Below, piece by piece: positions 1-12,830 of a stretch of 64,000 nucleotides of DNA. The stretch spans positions 1,116,001 through 1,180,000 of the forward strand of contig MU008170.1 in assembly GCA_010909165.1 (NCBI GenBank), read 5' to 3'. The position numbers and the translations under genes were made by a program. The notes beneath the pieces were generated by a model, which was not told where the DNA came from, did not search any database, and saw only the letters and a program-made list of their open reading frames with translations. The number at the start of each line of letters is the position of its first letter. Position 1 is the stretch's first letter. Source of the stretch: Anthoceros angustus. Lineage: Eukaryota > Plantae > Anthocerotophyta.

Positions 1-2640
1 TGGAACATGCTCACCAAGGTGGATCACCTTGGTGACAATCTGTGTTCGTGCATGCTGCGGGGGAAGAGGGCCGGGAAGGATCATCCTCGCCGGATCAACC
101 AGAGGCCAGAAACTACGGGCCTCTAGCATCCCCCTTCCTCATCCATGTGTGGGGACACCTCAACCTCCTGAAGGAGGGGGAAGAAGAGCGGGCTCTCCGG
201 GAAGGGCAGGCGGCCCCTCGGAGCAGCGGAGGCGGGAAAGAGACAAAGCTCCGGGACCCCTCGCCACCTAGGGAAGTGTGGGAAGATATCCACTTCCCTC
301 CTCTTGGATCGCCGGAGCTGGCCGAGCGGAGGAGGAGGAGACCACGGGCAGCGGTTGGCGGTTGCAGCGGCGGGCCAGCCCAACAACAACATTCGAGCCG
401 CGGACTCGGCGGAACCAGGCGTGAATGGCGCCTACCAGCAGAAGTGCCGGGACGGCACGCTTTGCCCCTTGCGGAGTGGCAAGGAGGCGGAGGAGGCCGT
501 GAGGAAGGGCGGGGGAGGCCGGGGAGGCGGAGGACACGCAACCTCCCTCCCTGTCCCGGCCGAGGCAAGAGGGCCAGCTCCGGACCCCTCGCCACCTCAG
601 GCCCAGGGAAGAAGGCGGAGAAGGAGTTAGCGGCCAAGAGGCCAAGGAGGTGAGGCTCGGACACACCTCGACTGAGGGTCACGGTCGTCCGGAGAGCCCG
701 GTCCGGACTCGCTCAGGCTACTGCTGATCCTTGACCAGAGATGCCCGCGCCCACCAGGCAGGCATCTCCCAGTGGCGGCCGTGGAAGCGGCGGGTTTTGC
801 CACCGTCATGGATGGTATGCTTTGGGGTCTCTGGGAAGAGAAGACCCAGAGTGGAGTCAACAGAGCGATGGTGCTCTCCAAGAGGCGGTGGAGGCGGCCC
901 GGGATGCGAAGAGGCGGAATCCCTCGCTCGAATCGAGGAGGAAGCGTGGGAGGCGGGCGGAGGTCAGTCTATTCGAAGATCGGACCAAGGTCCTTCAAGT
1001 GTTGAGCAGTGAAGCACGCGTCTGTGAGGCCCAAGCAGGCGGAGACCTCTGCGGAGGGTGAGCGGAAGGAGGCGGAGGAGGCCCGAGGCAAGCGGAGGGC
1101 TTGACTGGCGGCGGCGTTGGACCAACACTGGCCGTGAGGCTCGGTGGCGCGGAGGCGAAGCCGTGGCTAAGCCGGCGGGATCACTATCACGTGATCAGCG
1201 GTGGAGGGAGGCAGCAAGGATAACTGAACAGGCAGGCGGCGGAGGCGGGCACAGGCGGCCAGGCAAAGAAGGCGGCAACAAGGAGATGGAGGATCTCGAG
1301 CTCGATTCGCGTGAGTGGAACAGGCGGAGATGGAAGACCCGCAGGAGACCTTGGGCTGCACTCAAAGTTACAATTGAGCGGAGCAGGAATCGGGCGTGAT
1401 CGCGGATCACGGCGGAGATAGGCGACTCAGCTGTTGGGCGGTAAGAGGTAAGGCGATGGAACAAGGAGGCGGGGCGTCGCCGAAATGGAGAAGGACGAAG
1501 CACGAATCGGCGGGATTGCGGACCGTGGGAGGGAGATGGCGGAGCTTGAGGCCGGGATGAATGGAGGCGAGCCTTGGGCCTTGAGAAGAAGCTGGTCCGA
1601 TTAAGGAAGGCGGAGGGAGCTGCGTTTTGGCGGGCGGAGGCGGAAGCAGCGGAGGCTGGAGCAGGCGAACAAGCGGCACGAGGAAGTGAGGCTTCCCTTT
1701 GGCCTCGCGATTCTGCCCGGCTCCAGTCAAACTGGCAGGAGATGGTCCGGACCAACAAAGGCAACATGCTCCGGAGCACCTATGGCGAAGGGAGTATCGG
1801 GTACTCCGGGTGCATGTGGAAGAGGCAATCCAGCAAATTGACTCGGATTTTGCCTACTACCACGCTGAGCTCCTCAAGGCGTTGGAAGCCTCTCAGCATC
1901 TGCGACAACGGGACGGACCTCCGGAAGGCTCGGAGGAGTGGAAGGGGAAGAAGGACATGGGGATAGCACGGGGGCCTTGGTGGCCTTGTTTGGGGCAGCG
2001 GTGGAGAAGAGCCCCAGGAGGAGCAGGACGCGGCCAATGCAACGGACCTCGGGGTAAGCCAGCCGCAACCCATCAGGGGGGATAGAGATGGGGGCCCCGA
2101 AAGGGGCGAGGAAGGAGGAAACCAACCCGACCCAAGACAAGGGTCGGTGGGTGAGGATGGGCCCCTAACGATGGCGGTCCGGATGAGGGTCAGGGACTTG
2201 AGGACGGACCAGTAATAAGTTCGGACCACGAGGTCCGAACCCAGATGAGACCGGACCAGGACGGACTCTGAATAAGGCCGAACCACAGAGTTCGGACTCG
2301 GTCAAGACCCGGACCGGTCAGGACTCGGGAGGTGAGGGGAGCCTCAGGCTTCACGCAAGGGATCCCATCGGTGGCCCTCGGGAGGGACCCACTCGGGGGC
2401 GAGAGAGGAAGATGGTGGTTACCGCGGTTGTGTTAGACCGGTATAGATAGGATTGGGAAGGAAGGGGTCCCGCCTCGCGGATCATCCGATTGGGTCGCCC
2501 ATGGCGTCGAGGCCGGGGTGGGCCACCGCCGAGACGGAACCAAGGTCATCCCCAGGCCCACCGCCGACGACGGAGATAGGAGGAAGGGAAGAAGATGGTA
2601 GGCGGCCGATTAGGCGTCTTGGGCAGCCACCAGCTCGAGA
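1..2640 (+). mobile_element. GC-rich degenerate ORF region (low-complexity/coiled-coil), probably the accessory 3' region of an LTR retrotransposon
   Basis: Frameshifted Glu/Arg/Ala-rich frames with no host-gene motif; ends in a purine tract (gagaataggggaa, 2637-2649) just before TGTAA. Confidence 0.3.
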
Positions 2641-2649
2641 ATAGGGGAA

Positions 2650-3060
2650 TGTAATAAGAGCCCACTTTGGGCGTAGTATAAGAGGGCTGAGGCTGCTCTA
2701 GTAAAGTATCTTTCTCTTGGTGTTGATGCCACATTTTCTTGCAGACCCTTGTGCGTCTTCTTGTTAGCGTGAGTCTGAAGTCACGAGGCGAGCACGACGG
2801 CCGGGAGGCAGTCAAGGTCACAGTGATGGACCCTAGCGTGTGGTGTGTGCGAGGAAGAGCGATCAAGGACCCTTGCTCTCGTGGCGGCTTAGCGTCGGAC
2901 GGGCCGGGCGTGTGGCCGGAGGAACTCGGGAGGCGTGTAGAGCCGAGATGGAGAGGCGGCAGCGGCGGAGGAGGTCCGGACCGCTGACCACCGCATTTTT
3001 CCCCAAGGATGATAGTGTAGTAAGAGTGGTGAGAGGAGCGGACTAGAGGAACGAGTGACA
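2650..3060 (+). mobile_element. Putative LTR
   Basis: Starts TGTAA directly after a PPT-like tract, has a TATA-like gtataagag near 2675 and ends TGACA; no second copy in the window. Confidence 0.3.
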
Positions 3061-3233
3061 CTTGAGGATACGGGACGAACGAGTCCTTAAAACGCTTGGC
3101 CATGCCGAGCCTCGTTAGGGTGAACGCTATGGGTAGTTAGTCGTAAAATGATGAATGTGTGTGTGGAGCCTGAAACGGGCGCTGCGTGAGGTGAGAAACG
3201 ATTGGAACGTGGCAAACGGAGCCTATCATTCTC

Positions 3234-6200
3234 TTGGGAATGGACCCCCTTACTACAACGACACGGGATTGTGCGCGCCCGGCTGGCCGTCAGCGAAAGT
3301 CGCGCCACAGCTGGACTGGCAAGAAGCCTCGAGTTAGCCATCTGCGCATCTTTGGAGCACCGACATATGCCCTTGTCCCTCCAGCACAGCGTTCCAAGCT
3401 TGACCCCAAGGCTACCAAGCATATTTTCGTCGGCTACTCTGAAGAGGTGAAAGTCTACAAACTTTTCAACCCTGTCACACGCCAGCTCACTTTGTCACGT
3501 AGCGTGATTTTTCATGAAGCTGCTTTGCTTCGACGCCATTCTGCTTCTTTGTCTCCGGATGCAACCTCGCCTCCTTCTACTATTCAGTATTGGAGGGACA
3601 GGGTCCGTTGATCTGACTGAGGTTAGCTTTGACGACGAGGGATCCCGCTTCTTCAATCAGGGGGCAACATGACACTAGCGCAACCTCCAGATCCTCCAGA
3701 TGTCCATCAGGATGGTACTCAGTCTCAAGGACCTGCAACAACATCCGATGTCACTTCAGCAAGCCATAATGATGAAGAGGTTTCCTCAGGTATTCCTGAT
3801 GCCGAGGAAGCTATTGCTGTTGATAACCTTGAGTCTGATCCTGAAGAAGAGCCTCATGTCCTTCATCGTTCTACTCGCATTCGCAGACCTATGTCATAAT
3901 GGAAAGAGCCTCCATACACTGCACAAGTAGCCACTTCACCAGTTTTAGCTCTCAGTGTGTCAGCTTCCCTAGGAGAACAAACCACTTATAAAGAAGCCTT
4001 AGAAGGCCCTGAGGCCCCCTTTTGGCAAGCTGCTATAGACTTTGAATACCAGTCACTCATCAAAAACAAAACTTGGAAACTGGTCGACCTTCATAAAGGT
4101 AGAAAGCCTGTAGCATGCAAGTGGGTTTTCAAGAAGAAGTTGAACACTTATGGAACTGTAGGGAGATATAAAGCACGCCTTGTGGCGAAAGGCTATAGCC
4201 AGATTCCAAGTCTTGATTACAATGAAACTTTTGCACCCGTTGTCAAGTCCACCTCATAGAATTCATTATAGCACCTCACCAATTCTCCTTGTGCATCAAC
4301 TAGATGTAAAAACATCCTTTCTGAATAGCCTGCTTGAGGAAGACATCTACATATGCCAACCCGAGGGTTTTGTCATCGACGAGGACAAGGTTTGCAAGCT
4401 TTTCAAGACACTTTATGGGCTTAAGCAGGCTTCCAGAGCCTGGTACGAGGTATTTCACAAGCTCCTCATTGAACTCGGATTTACTTGCCTTGATGCGGAT
4501 ACGAGTGTATACATCCTGTGGGATGGAGCAGACTTTGTGATACTCACTGTCTATGTGGACAACAATTTTCTATTTAGCAACTCTGCCACTCTTATGGCCC
4601 GTATCAAACAAATCCTATTTTCCCAATTTGAGATGACTGACCAAGGAGAACTTACCTTTTCATCAGTTCGGGCCACCTCAACAGGTGAAAGTCTACAAAC
4701 TTTTCTGGGAATCCCCTCACACGCCACTCACTTTGTCACGAACGAGCGTGATTTTTCATGAAGTCGCTTTGCCGCCGCTGCTCGACGCCATTCTCGCTTT
4801 GTCTCCTGATGCAACCTCGCCCCTTCTACTATTCACTTGAGGACACCGTCAACTCGCTGATACTGGCGAGGTTAGGCGGCTTTTTTGACGATGAGGATCC
4901 TGCTTCTTCGAATCAAGGGGGGGCAACACAGACACTAGCGCAACCTCCAGATCCTCCAGATGTCCATCAGATGGTGCCTGGCCTCACCAAGGACCTCGCA
5001 ACAACATCCGATGTCACTTCAAAGAAGCTTCATAATGATGAAGAGGTTTCGTATTCCGGTCAAGGGAAGCTATTTGATAACCTTGAGTCCGATCCCAAGA
5101 AGAGCCTCATGTCCTTCATCGCTCTACTGCATTCACAGTACTCCATGTCATAATGGAAAGAGCCTCCACACCGCACAAGTAGCACTAGCTTTTAGCTCTC
5201 GCAGTCGCCTTTAGGAGAACAAACCACTTATAAAGAAGCCTTAGAAGGCCCCGAGGCCCCTTTTTTGGCAAGTCAAGCAGACTTTGAATACCAGCCACTC
5301 ATCAAAAACAAAACTTGGAAACTGGTCGACCTTCATAAAGGTAGAAAGCCTGTAGCATGCAAGTGGGTTTTCAAGAAGAAGTTGAACACTTATGGAACAG
5401 GGGAGATATAAAGCACGCCTTGTGGCGAAAGGCTATAGCCAGATTCCAAGTCTTGATTACAATGAAACTTTTGCACCCGTTGTCAAGTCCACCTCTGTTA
5501 GAATTCTGTTAGCTATAGCAGCCCACTACAATCTCCTTGTGCATCAACTAGATGTAAAAACATCCTTTCTGAATAGCCTGCTTGAGGAAGACATCTACAT
5601 ATGCCAACCCGAGGGTTTTGTCATCGACGAGGACAAGGTTTGCAAGCTTTTCAAGACACTTTATGGGCTTAAGCAAAGCCGTGTAGCCCCGGCACAGTGC
5701 AGTATTTCACAAGCTCCTCATTGAACTCGGATTTACTTGCCTTGATGCAAGTGACCACGAGTGTATACATCCCGGAGGATGGGCGAGACTTTGTGATACT
5801 CACCGCCTATGTGGACAACAATTTTCATTTATAGAACTACGCCACTCTTATGGTCTGTGATCAAACAAATCCTATTTCTCCCAATTTGAGATGGTCGACC
5901 AAGGAGAACTCCTACCTTTGGGTGTTCAGTCTGGGCCACCTCAACAGATCAGGTGAATGGACAATCGACATACACCAAGAACACTTTGTCCACCAGCTCC
6001 TGGAGCGTTTCAACATGCTTGATGCTAAACGTGTTGCAACTCCAATGGCTCTAGGTGAGAAACTCTCCTTGGAGTAGTGTCCCACCACTGATGAGGAGAA
6101 GATGCTTATGAGTAAGGTTCCTACAAATGTGCGCTAACGCTTGATTTATCTTCGGGTACGGACTCAGTATGGACATAACTAGAGAAATGATGAGGGACCC

Positions 6201-6690
6201 GCACTTTTTAAAAGCTAATGGATGGTTCGAATTCCCTGCGTACCTGACTTCTTGTGAGTCTGGATTGAAAGCGAGATCCAAACACCCATCGGCAGCGGTT
6301 GTTGCATAAGACGTCTGCACTTTTATGACTGGGCAATGCAAGCAGCTTTCGCATGGTCTAGCAAAAAATTATCAACCATCTACCTTTCTTCAACGGAGGC
6401 AGAATATGCAGCCATGACTCAAACTTCTAAGGAGGTAATATGGATCAAAGGTTTTCTGAAGGGACTTGGACAACTTCAACTGGTGACCATCACCGTCAAG
6501 TTTATTATAACCAAATCCTATCAGAATTACTTTTCGATCGAATCCGTGATTCCATGGGGTCCAAGCACATCGAGATCAGTCACCACCATTTTATCATTGA
6601 CAAACGGAAGCGTATGGTGAGAGGTAATAGATCTTATGTCCCCACTGAGGACAATGTTTAAGATCTACTCACAAAAGCTCTCTGTCATGC
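3234..6690 (+). mobile_element. Ty1/Copia pol fragments (integrase C-terminus, RT, RNase H) with an internal tandem duplication
   Basis: WTGKKPRVSHLRIFG...SKLDPKA...FVGYS; [12 protein letters not shown]; [11 protein letters not shown]; LYGLKQ; VYVDN; LSSTEAEYAA; SKHIEI; YVPTEDN. Confidence 0.92.
3445..5940 (+). repeat. Direct tandem duplication of ~1.24 kb (about 3445-4680 and 4683-5940)
   Basis: aggtgaaagtctacaaactttt at 3446 and 4683; RT segments repeated nearly verbatim. Confidence 0.85.
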
Positions 6691-7137
6691 ATGCAGTGCT
6701 GATACTAATCTACCTGACCTTAGGTTGTGTTTGATTAGTATTAATTAATCTAATGTGCTTATCTAATTAAGTAATTAGTGTTAATTAAACAGTTAAGTGG
6801 ATAAGCTCAAGTAATATGCTTTGGCATATTCCTTGCATATTATAGTGTATTCTTAGGATATTTTGGCATATCTTTGATGCCAATAGGATATCTTAGGAAT
6901 ATGCCGATGCCGGTCTAGTATATATAGACCCTTCCATTGAGGACAAGCTCGGATCATAGCTTGTCCTCTAGATATATCTGAGGCGTTGTGAGGAGGCCAA
7001 AGCTATGACTCAGGAGCGATGTGTGAGGAATTTGCGTGTTGTTCTCGTGGGAGAGTGTGTTTGTGCCACGATGTGAGCTACTCCCTCCTGTTGTTACAAG
7101 CTATGATCTCGTGTACACTAGATGCTAGGCTTGGTGT

Positions 7138-7270
7138 GATGCGTGCTGGCGTGCTAGGCGTGCTGGCGTGCTGGGCGATGCTAGGCGTGCTAGGCGATGC
7201 TAGGCGTGCTGGGCGATGCTAGCGCGTGCTGGCGTGCTGCGTGCTAGGCGTGCTGGCTGCTGGCGTGCTG
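7138..7270. repeat. 8-9 bp tandem array (gcgtgctg / gcgtgctag / gcgatgctag)
   Basis: Directly visible. Confidence 0.85.
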
Positions 7271-7344
7271 CAGCCTCTTAAGCAAGGCGGCGAGGCGCTA
7301 GTGAGGCCAAGGCGAGCAGAGGCCAAGCAGTGGGCAAGGGACTC

Positions 7345-7580
7345 TAAGGCCAAGGCTTGAGGAGAGGACCAAGCCCAAGGCAAGGAGGAGGAGGAAGAAG
7401 CTCAAGCCCAAGGCCAAGGCCAAGGAGGAGGCGAAGAAGGAGTCAAGGCCAGGAGAGAGGCCCAAGTCAAGGCCAAGGAGGAGGCGAAGAAGCCCAAGTC
7501 AAGGCCAAGGAGAGGAGGCGAAGAAGCCCAAGTCAAGGCCAAGGAGAGGAGGCGAGGCGAAGCCCTACCAAGGAGGAATG
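7345..7580. repeat. ~30-35 bp purine-rich tandem array (caagtcaaggccaaggag...gaggcgaagaagcc)
   Basis: Directly visible. Confidence 0.8.
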
Positions 7581-7715
7581 AGGCCTCCACAGGGGCTGGC
7601 CTTTTAAGGCCAACCAACCAAGGGAGAAACAAGAGTACTCTTGGGCCCGGATTCAAGGGATAAGGGAAGCGGATAGACATGGGTATGTCATCAGTCCATG
7701 ATTTCACTTTCTGTC

Positions 7716-7780
7716 CAAAACTCCTAGTTAGCACCCCATCCAGTCTGATCCACCCCAGTGCTTAACTCTGGAGTTCTATG
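7716..7780 (-). other. Degenerate 5S rRNA internal-control-region-like segment (Cassandra-like)
   Basis: Minus strand AGAACTCCAGAGTTAAGCAC...AGACTGGATGGGGTG resembles plant 5S AGAACTCCGCAGTTAAGCGT...AGTACTAGGATGGGTG (box A ... box C). Confidence 0.5.
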
Positions 7781-8133
7781 CCTTTGCTATCCAACTCACC
7801 CAGCTCACATTTTTCAGTGTAGCTGCAGAGTATTTGTATGCAATTTTAACATGCATAGATACTTAGAGGTTTCACTAATCACGATCTAAGTTAGCGGGGT
7901 GTGTTAACCTTGATTAAGGGTTTGATCTAGCCACTAACACTGGAGTGCATGCTGGACACACTCGATCCGGACGGAGCTACCAACCAGCAAGTCCATCGAG
8001 GCGAATTCGAAGTCCCACCAAGAGGAGAAGTGCGAACACCTCGATTTTGGTACCAAGAAGGGCGGAGGAACCCAGCGACACAATCAACAATCTTTGAAGG
8101 ATCATGGTGGCAACACACAAGACACGTTAGTCT

Positions 8134-11100
8134 TTGCCGGACAACTCGGTAGGCAATGAGGAGGACTTGTCTCTTGGAGTCGTCAAGATGGGAGGAGACA
8201 AGGATCGAATGGAGTTGTTCACGGACGGCGGGCACCTTTGCCTGGAGGACTTCATCGAGAAATGCAGTGCGGTGTGTGCGGAGATGGAATTGAAGACCGG
8301 ATACAGCGATACGGCTTCATCCAAATGCCGGTACTTGGGGATGAAGCATTGGCGTGCTATCGCGAGCACAAGGCGAGGTTGTTGAGCGGCATGGAGGACC
8401 AGTGAGTAGCAGTTCAAGCTCAAGGAACTCACAGACGAGGCGGTGGCACCAGTGGGCACGATCCCATCGAAGAGATGTTTGACATCTTTGGAGTTTCCAA
8501 GCACGGATGAGAAGATCTCCGGTGACACACTTCAAGATGAAGTCGAGGCTGCGAAGATGGCTTATCGAAGAATCGACCGGTTGGTACGTGACACCAAGAT
8601 CATGAGTGACCGTGCGATACTTGCGGGCATTGCCATATGCCGCTGCGCATGAAGGTGCAACAAGCGGTGCACACGCGAAGGGCAACACTACACCCTCAAG
8701 GAAGTGTACGAGATGGTGACAAGATAGGGCCCGGGACACTTTCTCTCGTCTTTGCAAGTGATTACTCCGGCAAGTAGGAGTGGTGGGCGACATGGCCAAG
8801 CGGAGGTCAGTGGAGGAGCTCGGCGAGACAAGCCAGCCCACGGCCCAAGTGGAGCCCCTGCGTGAGGTGCCGAGGACGGACCATTCCCCTCATGAGTGCG
8901 AGCATGCATTCGGAGGAGTCAAGGGTGAGGAGCCATGCCCTAGGTGTGGAGAATGCAGGCACAATGAAGCGGCATGTTGGGAGAAGCATCCGAATTGCGG
9001 CCTACGGGTTATCGGACAACCCGGCCAATGCATCTCGTCAACCTCATCCACAAAATCGCGAAGAGCAAAGGCGCGTGGAGGCAAGGCGAAGTCCGTGGAC
9101 AAAAGCGGGAAGCATCAAAGAAGGCGATGGGCGGCTACGCCTTGCAAAGCTGGAGTTGGTGCGGGCGAAGATCAAGGAGCGGCGGTTCATCATCGAGGAG
9201 GAGAAGATGAGCACAAGCTTGGATACATGGCGTGTGACCGGATCCAAGGGCAAGGGAAGAAACCTCAGCTACGAGAAGATAGCTCGAGGAAGAAGAGGAT
9301 GTCTTGACACGCGGTCGGAAGACACGGAAGGAAGCTTGGGATCCTCTTCCGAACCTATGCCAAGATGCCAAAGTCGTTTGAGCCATTGCCAGCGAGCAAG
9401 CTGTGGGAGCAACATCAAAGTCAGTGGGCGATGTGGAGAAACCCATGCAGATTCTTGTGAGCGATGGCACAAAAGGAGATGCCATGTTTGACCTACAAGA
9501 CATGGGGTTGGCGTGAAGGAAGTCGGGGTTTGACTCGGCGGATGTTGACAACCCTTGAAGGCGAAGCAAGTGTCGAAGATGTGCCACAGTGGCAATGATG
9601 TCATTCGACCTCGAACCAAGCATCTCGTGGAAGCGGAATCTTTGCCGCAGTGGGAGTGGCTTTGGTCAACAATCGGGAGGCACATTGAAATCAATGGATT
9701 CGCACCAAGGAGGTGTTGATTGACGAGCACGGCCGGTGATCGTTGGAAGAAGAGTGAAGGAAGCGTTGGGTCTCCACCAAGAAAGGTTGAAGAAACCAAG
9801 TGGAAGATCCGTGGGGACCACGGAGCATGTGTTGGGGTGACAAGGTACAAGCTGAAGGTTTCATTCAAACCAGAACAGACTTCACCTTTGTCGAGGTACA
9901 GCAGTCAGATGCGGACACTTTTGATGTCTTCTTTGGGAGCGGACGCTTTGTACAAACACAGGTCATGGTGGATTTGTGGGCGGAGGCAGTCTACTATCGA
10001 CCAGTGAGAAGCTGGAGCAAAAGATGAACGGATTGCCCGCATCCCTCTGCGGCATGGCAAGGATCATGAGAACCTCATTGCCAGCAGCGTCTACCCGGTG
10101 TTTGGCGCCGTAGTGAAGGACACGCCATCGTGCTTGAACCTCTTGGCGTGTGTCTAACAACCATGGGACGATGGAGGATTTCGGCGAGGAGGAGGAAAAC
10201 AAGCTAGGGTTGCAACCACCCTCGGAGGAGGTTCTTCAAGTCACTCGGACGGAGTGGTGACTGCAGCAATGAGCCGTGCAAAAGGCTGTGGAGGATGGTG
10301 CAAGAGGACCGGTGCCTATGAGCGGAGAACTCATAAGTTCTTGCCTAGGGTTGAGCTGTTTGTGACCTAAACACCAGTCATCACATGGCGACCTCGGGAA
10401 GAAGCATAGTGCTCGTGGAACTCTTTGGAGGCATCGATCGGCTTGGGCGGTGCTAAAGTGTGGCATCAAAGTGCGAAGATCGTGCATTGTGACCCGGATC
10501 CAAAAGCAAGGATTGTGTCACGAGCGCGTAGAGACTTGATGGGGAGTACCTAACCTCGGCGTGGGAGTCGGTGAAGGGTTACCGGAAGGCGATGGATGGA
10601 TGTTCGCATGATAGGGTTGTCCCATTTGAGTTGTCTTGGGCAATGGTGGACCTTGTCATCGGGTTGGGAGTGTCAAGGACTATCCTCTGCGGGGAAGGGT
10701 CAAGGTCGAAGGATCCACGAACGGCATTGTTCTATGACTGATGAGGATCTTGCGCTTGATCCGAGAAAGGGCAAGAAAGGCCTTGCGGATACATGTTGGA
10801 GAATGTGCCGAGCATGAGCGTGAAGAAGCAAGTCCAGGAGGATTTTGGCATGATCCAGGAGTGGAGGGAAGGGTGTGTCGATTGCTTGGGCAAGCATTTG
10901 ACATGATGACTGGTTGTTCTAGTCGCTTCCAACTTGAAACCGGAAGAAGGCGGGGTTGAGCGGCGGGGTTCGTGGGTGAAGGACATTCCACGCATCTCAA
11001 CAAAGGCGAGTTTGGAGGCAAGGAGAGTAAGCGTAGAGGAAGCGTGCAAGCCATCGAGCCTACATGAGTGGTTAACAGCGTCGAGTTGAAGAGCAATCAG

Positions 11101-11230
11101 CGTCGGCTAAAGGAGTTGTTGGAGGCATCGCGACATGTGTTTGCTTTCACGCTTGCGGAGATGGGGAAGTACACCAAAGGAAGTTCCACATAGAACTAAT
11201 CAAGAATGAACGTGTTCGCGGAGGCACGAG
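8134..11230 (+). mobile_element. Degenerate Ty3/Gypsy gag, protease region and start of RT
   Basis: CPRCGECRHNEAAC zinc knuckle (CX2CX4HX4C) near 8935-8980; HVFAFTLAEMGKYT..FHIEL pre-RT segment near 11130-11200; many frameshifts. Confidence 0.6.
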
Positions 11231-11560
11231 CTCGATGAAGAAGAAAATGGCGAGCAACCGGCTGGGGGGGAGAGTAATCCACATGGCAGGCGCATGAGGA
11301 TGCTGAAGACAAGCCTCCACTCACGGACAAGGTTCATAACCTCTGGACGACATTCCCGAAGAAGATTGGTTTTGTGCACGATGCGCTACATGAGGTGCGT
11401 ACGTGTGTAGTCCTACTAATGATAATGTTTTGACTTAGAGTCTCACATTATCGAGGATGGTTGCACCTATATCTAGATGTATTAGATTTGTTTGCTTGGT
11501 TGTTGATGGGGAAGTTATGAATTCAAGTGCTTATACCTCGCGGCGGTGTCATCTTGAGTG

Positions 11561-11723
11561 TGATGCTAATCTCTGCACTTGGGTTTGGTGTTTGATTGGC
11601 ATTAATTAATCTAATTACTTATCTTTAAGTAAGTAATTGGTGTTAATTAATCACAGTGCTTATGTTAATTAGCGTTGATTGAGTGTTGGTTATTGCACTA
11701 GGAGAGTGCGGAGATTAGTATCA
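11561..11723. mobile_element. 163-bp element with 19-bp terminal inverted repeats (internally deleted LTR or MITE)
   Basis: tgatgctaatctctgcact ... agtgcggagattagtatca (17/19 inverted match); TG...CA ends. Confidence 0.6.
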
Positions 11724-11957
11724 CGCGGGCGGTGTCGCTGCAGATAAACATGTGCTTCTCGACCAAGGCACAAACCCAGATCTGTGGCAGTGTTGAGTTA
11801 CAGCCAGTCCCCCACGATAATGTGAGACTCAGTGTTTGTTATCGTTAATGGACTATCATGTACCGTGTAGTGCGTTATTGCAAACAATCTTTCGGAATAA
11901 TAGGCGTCAGTTGAACTAAAACATGGGGTATCCCTATTTGCCGATCACAAAGAAGCA

Positions 11958-12830
11958 TTACATCATCATCATCGATCGTCCACAAACTGACACTCCAAGT
12001 CTTTGGGTGGGCGCCACATTATGAGCCGTAGTTGAGGGTCCAAATTGGGTAAGTGGCATGGTGCGCGATTCTTGAGGTGATCCTTCCATCTTGACCATCG
12101 GATCCTTGAGCTCAAGCACTCCATCTTTGCCTACTCGCCCGACCATAAGATGACTCTGGTGGATACCTCCAAGGTGTTGCACGGCTTCCGATGCGGTAGA
12201 CATAATCTCCAACGAACTTGCGCACCTTGGGTTTCCATGTCCCTCCTCGTGTGTAAGCATAGCGCGATTGATCCATGTTGCGCTATGGCAAGGTTCTCCA
12301 TTGCCATGGGCATGATCCGTTTGAAAGCTACGCCGCCTTTCCGGTCTCGTAGGCAATCATCCGCATTGCGCCAATCCAGTGCTTGTAGCCTTGCTTGCCT
12401 CACGTTTGGCAAAAATGGTTGTCGCCCATACAACAAGTAGTATGGTGAAAAATTGCTCAAAGGCTTGATTGCTCACCACACCTAGCACTAGGTATGGCAT
12501 CCCTTCATCCCATGTCTTGGTCATTTGTGAGACAATATTTGCAAGGCCCGGCTTGAAGGTCTGCACCAAGCGTTCGGCAAGTCCATCGGCGAGGATGATC
12601 TCTCGGCGTCGTCGATGATCAATCAAGCTCTGTCAAGCAAGTCTTGAAATTCCCCACGAATTCTTTGCCTGATCGGTGAGAACCTCTGCACATGCTCCAT
12701 ATCGACTAAGAGCGGAAGCCAAGAACGCCTTCTTGGTAAGAGTCACGCTTGGGTAAGATGGCAACCTCGCACCACTTGCTGAAATGCTCCACCATTAGCA
12801 TGACATGCTTGTTTCCAGTACGCGTCTCTG
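11958..12830 (-). mobile_element. Gypsy integrase fragment
   Basis: GLAERLVQTFK, WDEGMPY, FSPYYLLYGRQP, AMENLAIAQH. Confidence 0.8.

Larger units (their letters stand above)
6696..7690 (+). mobile_element. LTR-like region containing low-complexity tandem arrays
   Basis: Its start (tgatactaatc...gtgtttgattagtattaattaatctaat) matches 11561-11650; TATA-like gtatatatag near 6920; precedes a gag-like region. Confidence 0.5.

Noticed and set aside
7716-7780. Functional 5S rRNA gene
   Set aside because: Only a diverged internal segment; 5' and 3' stems are absent
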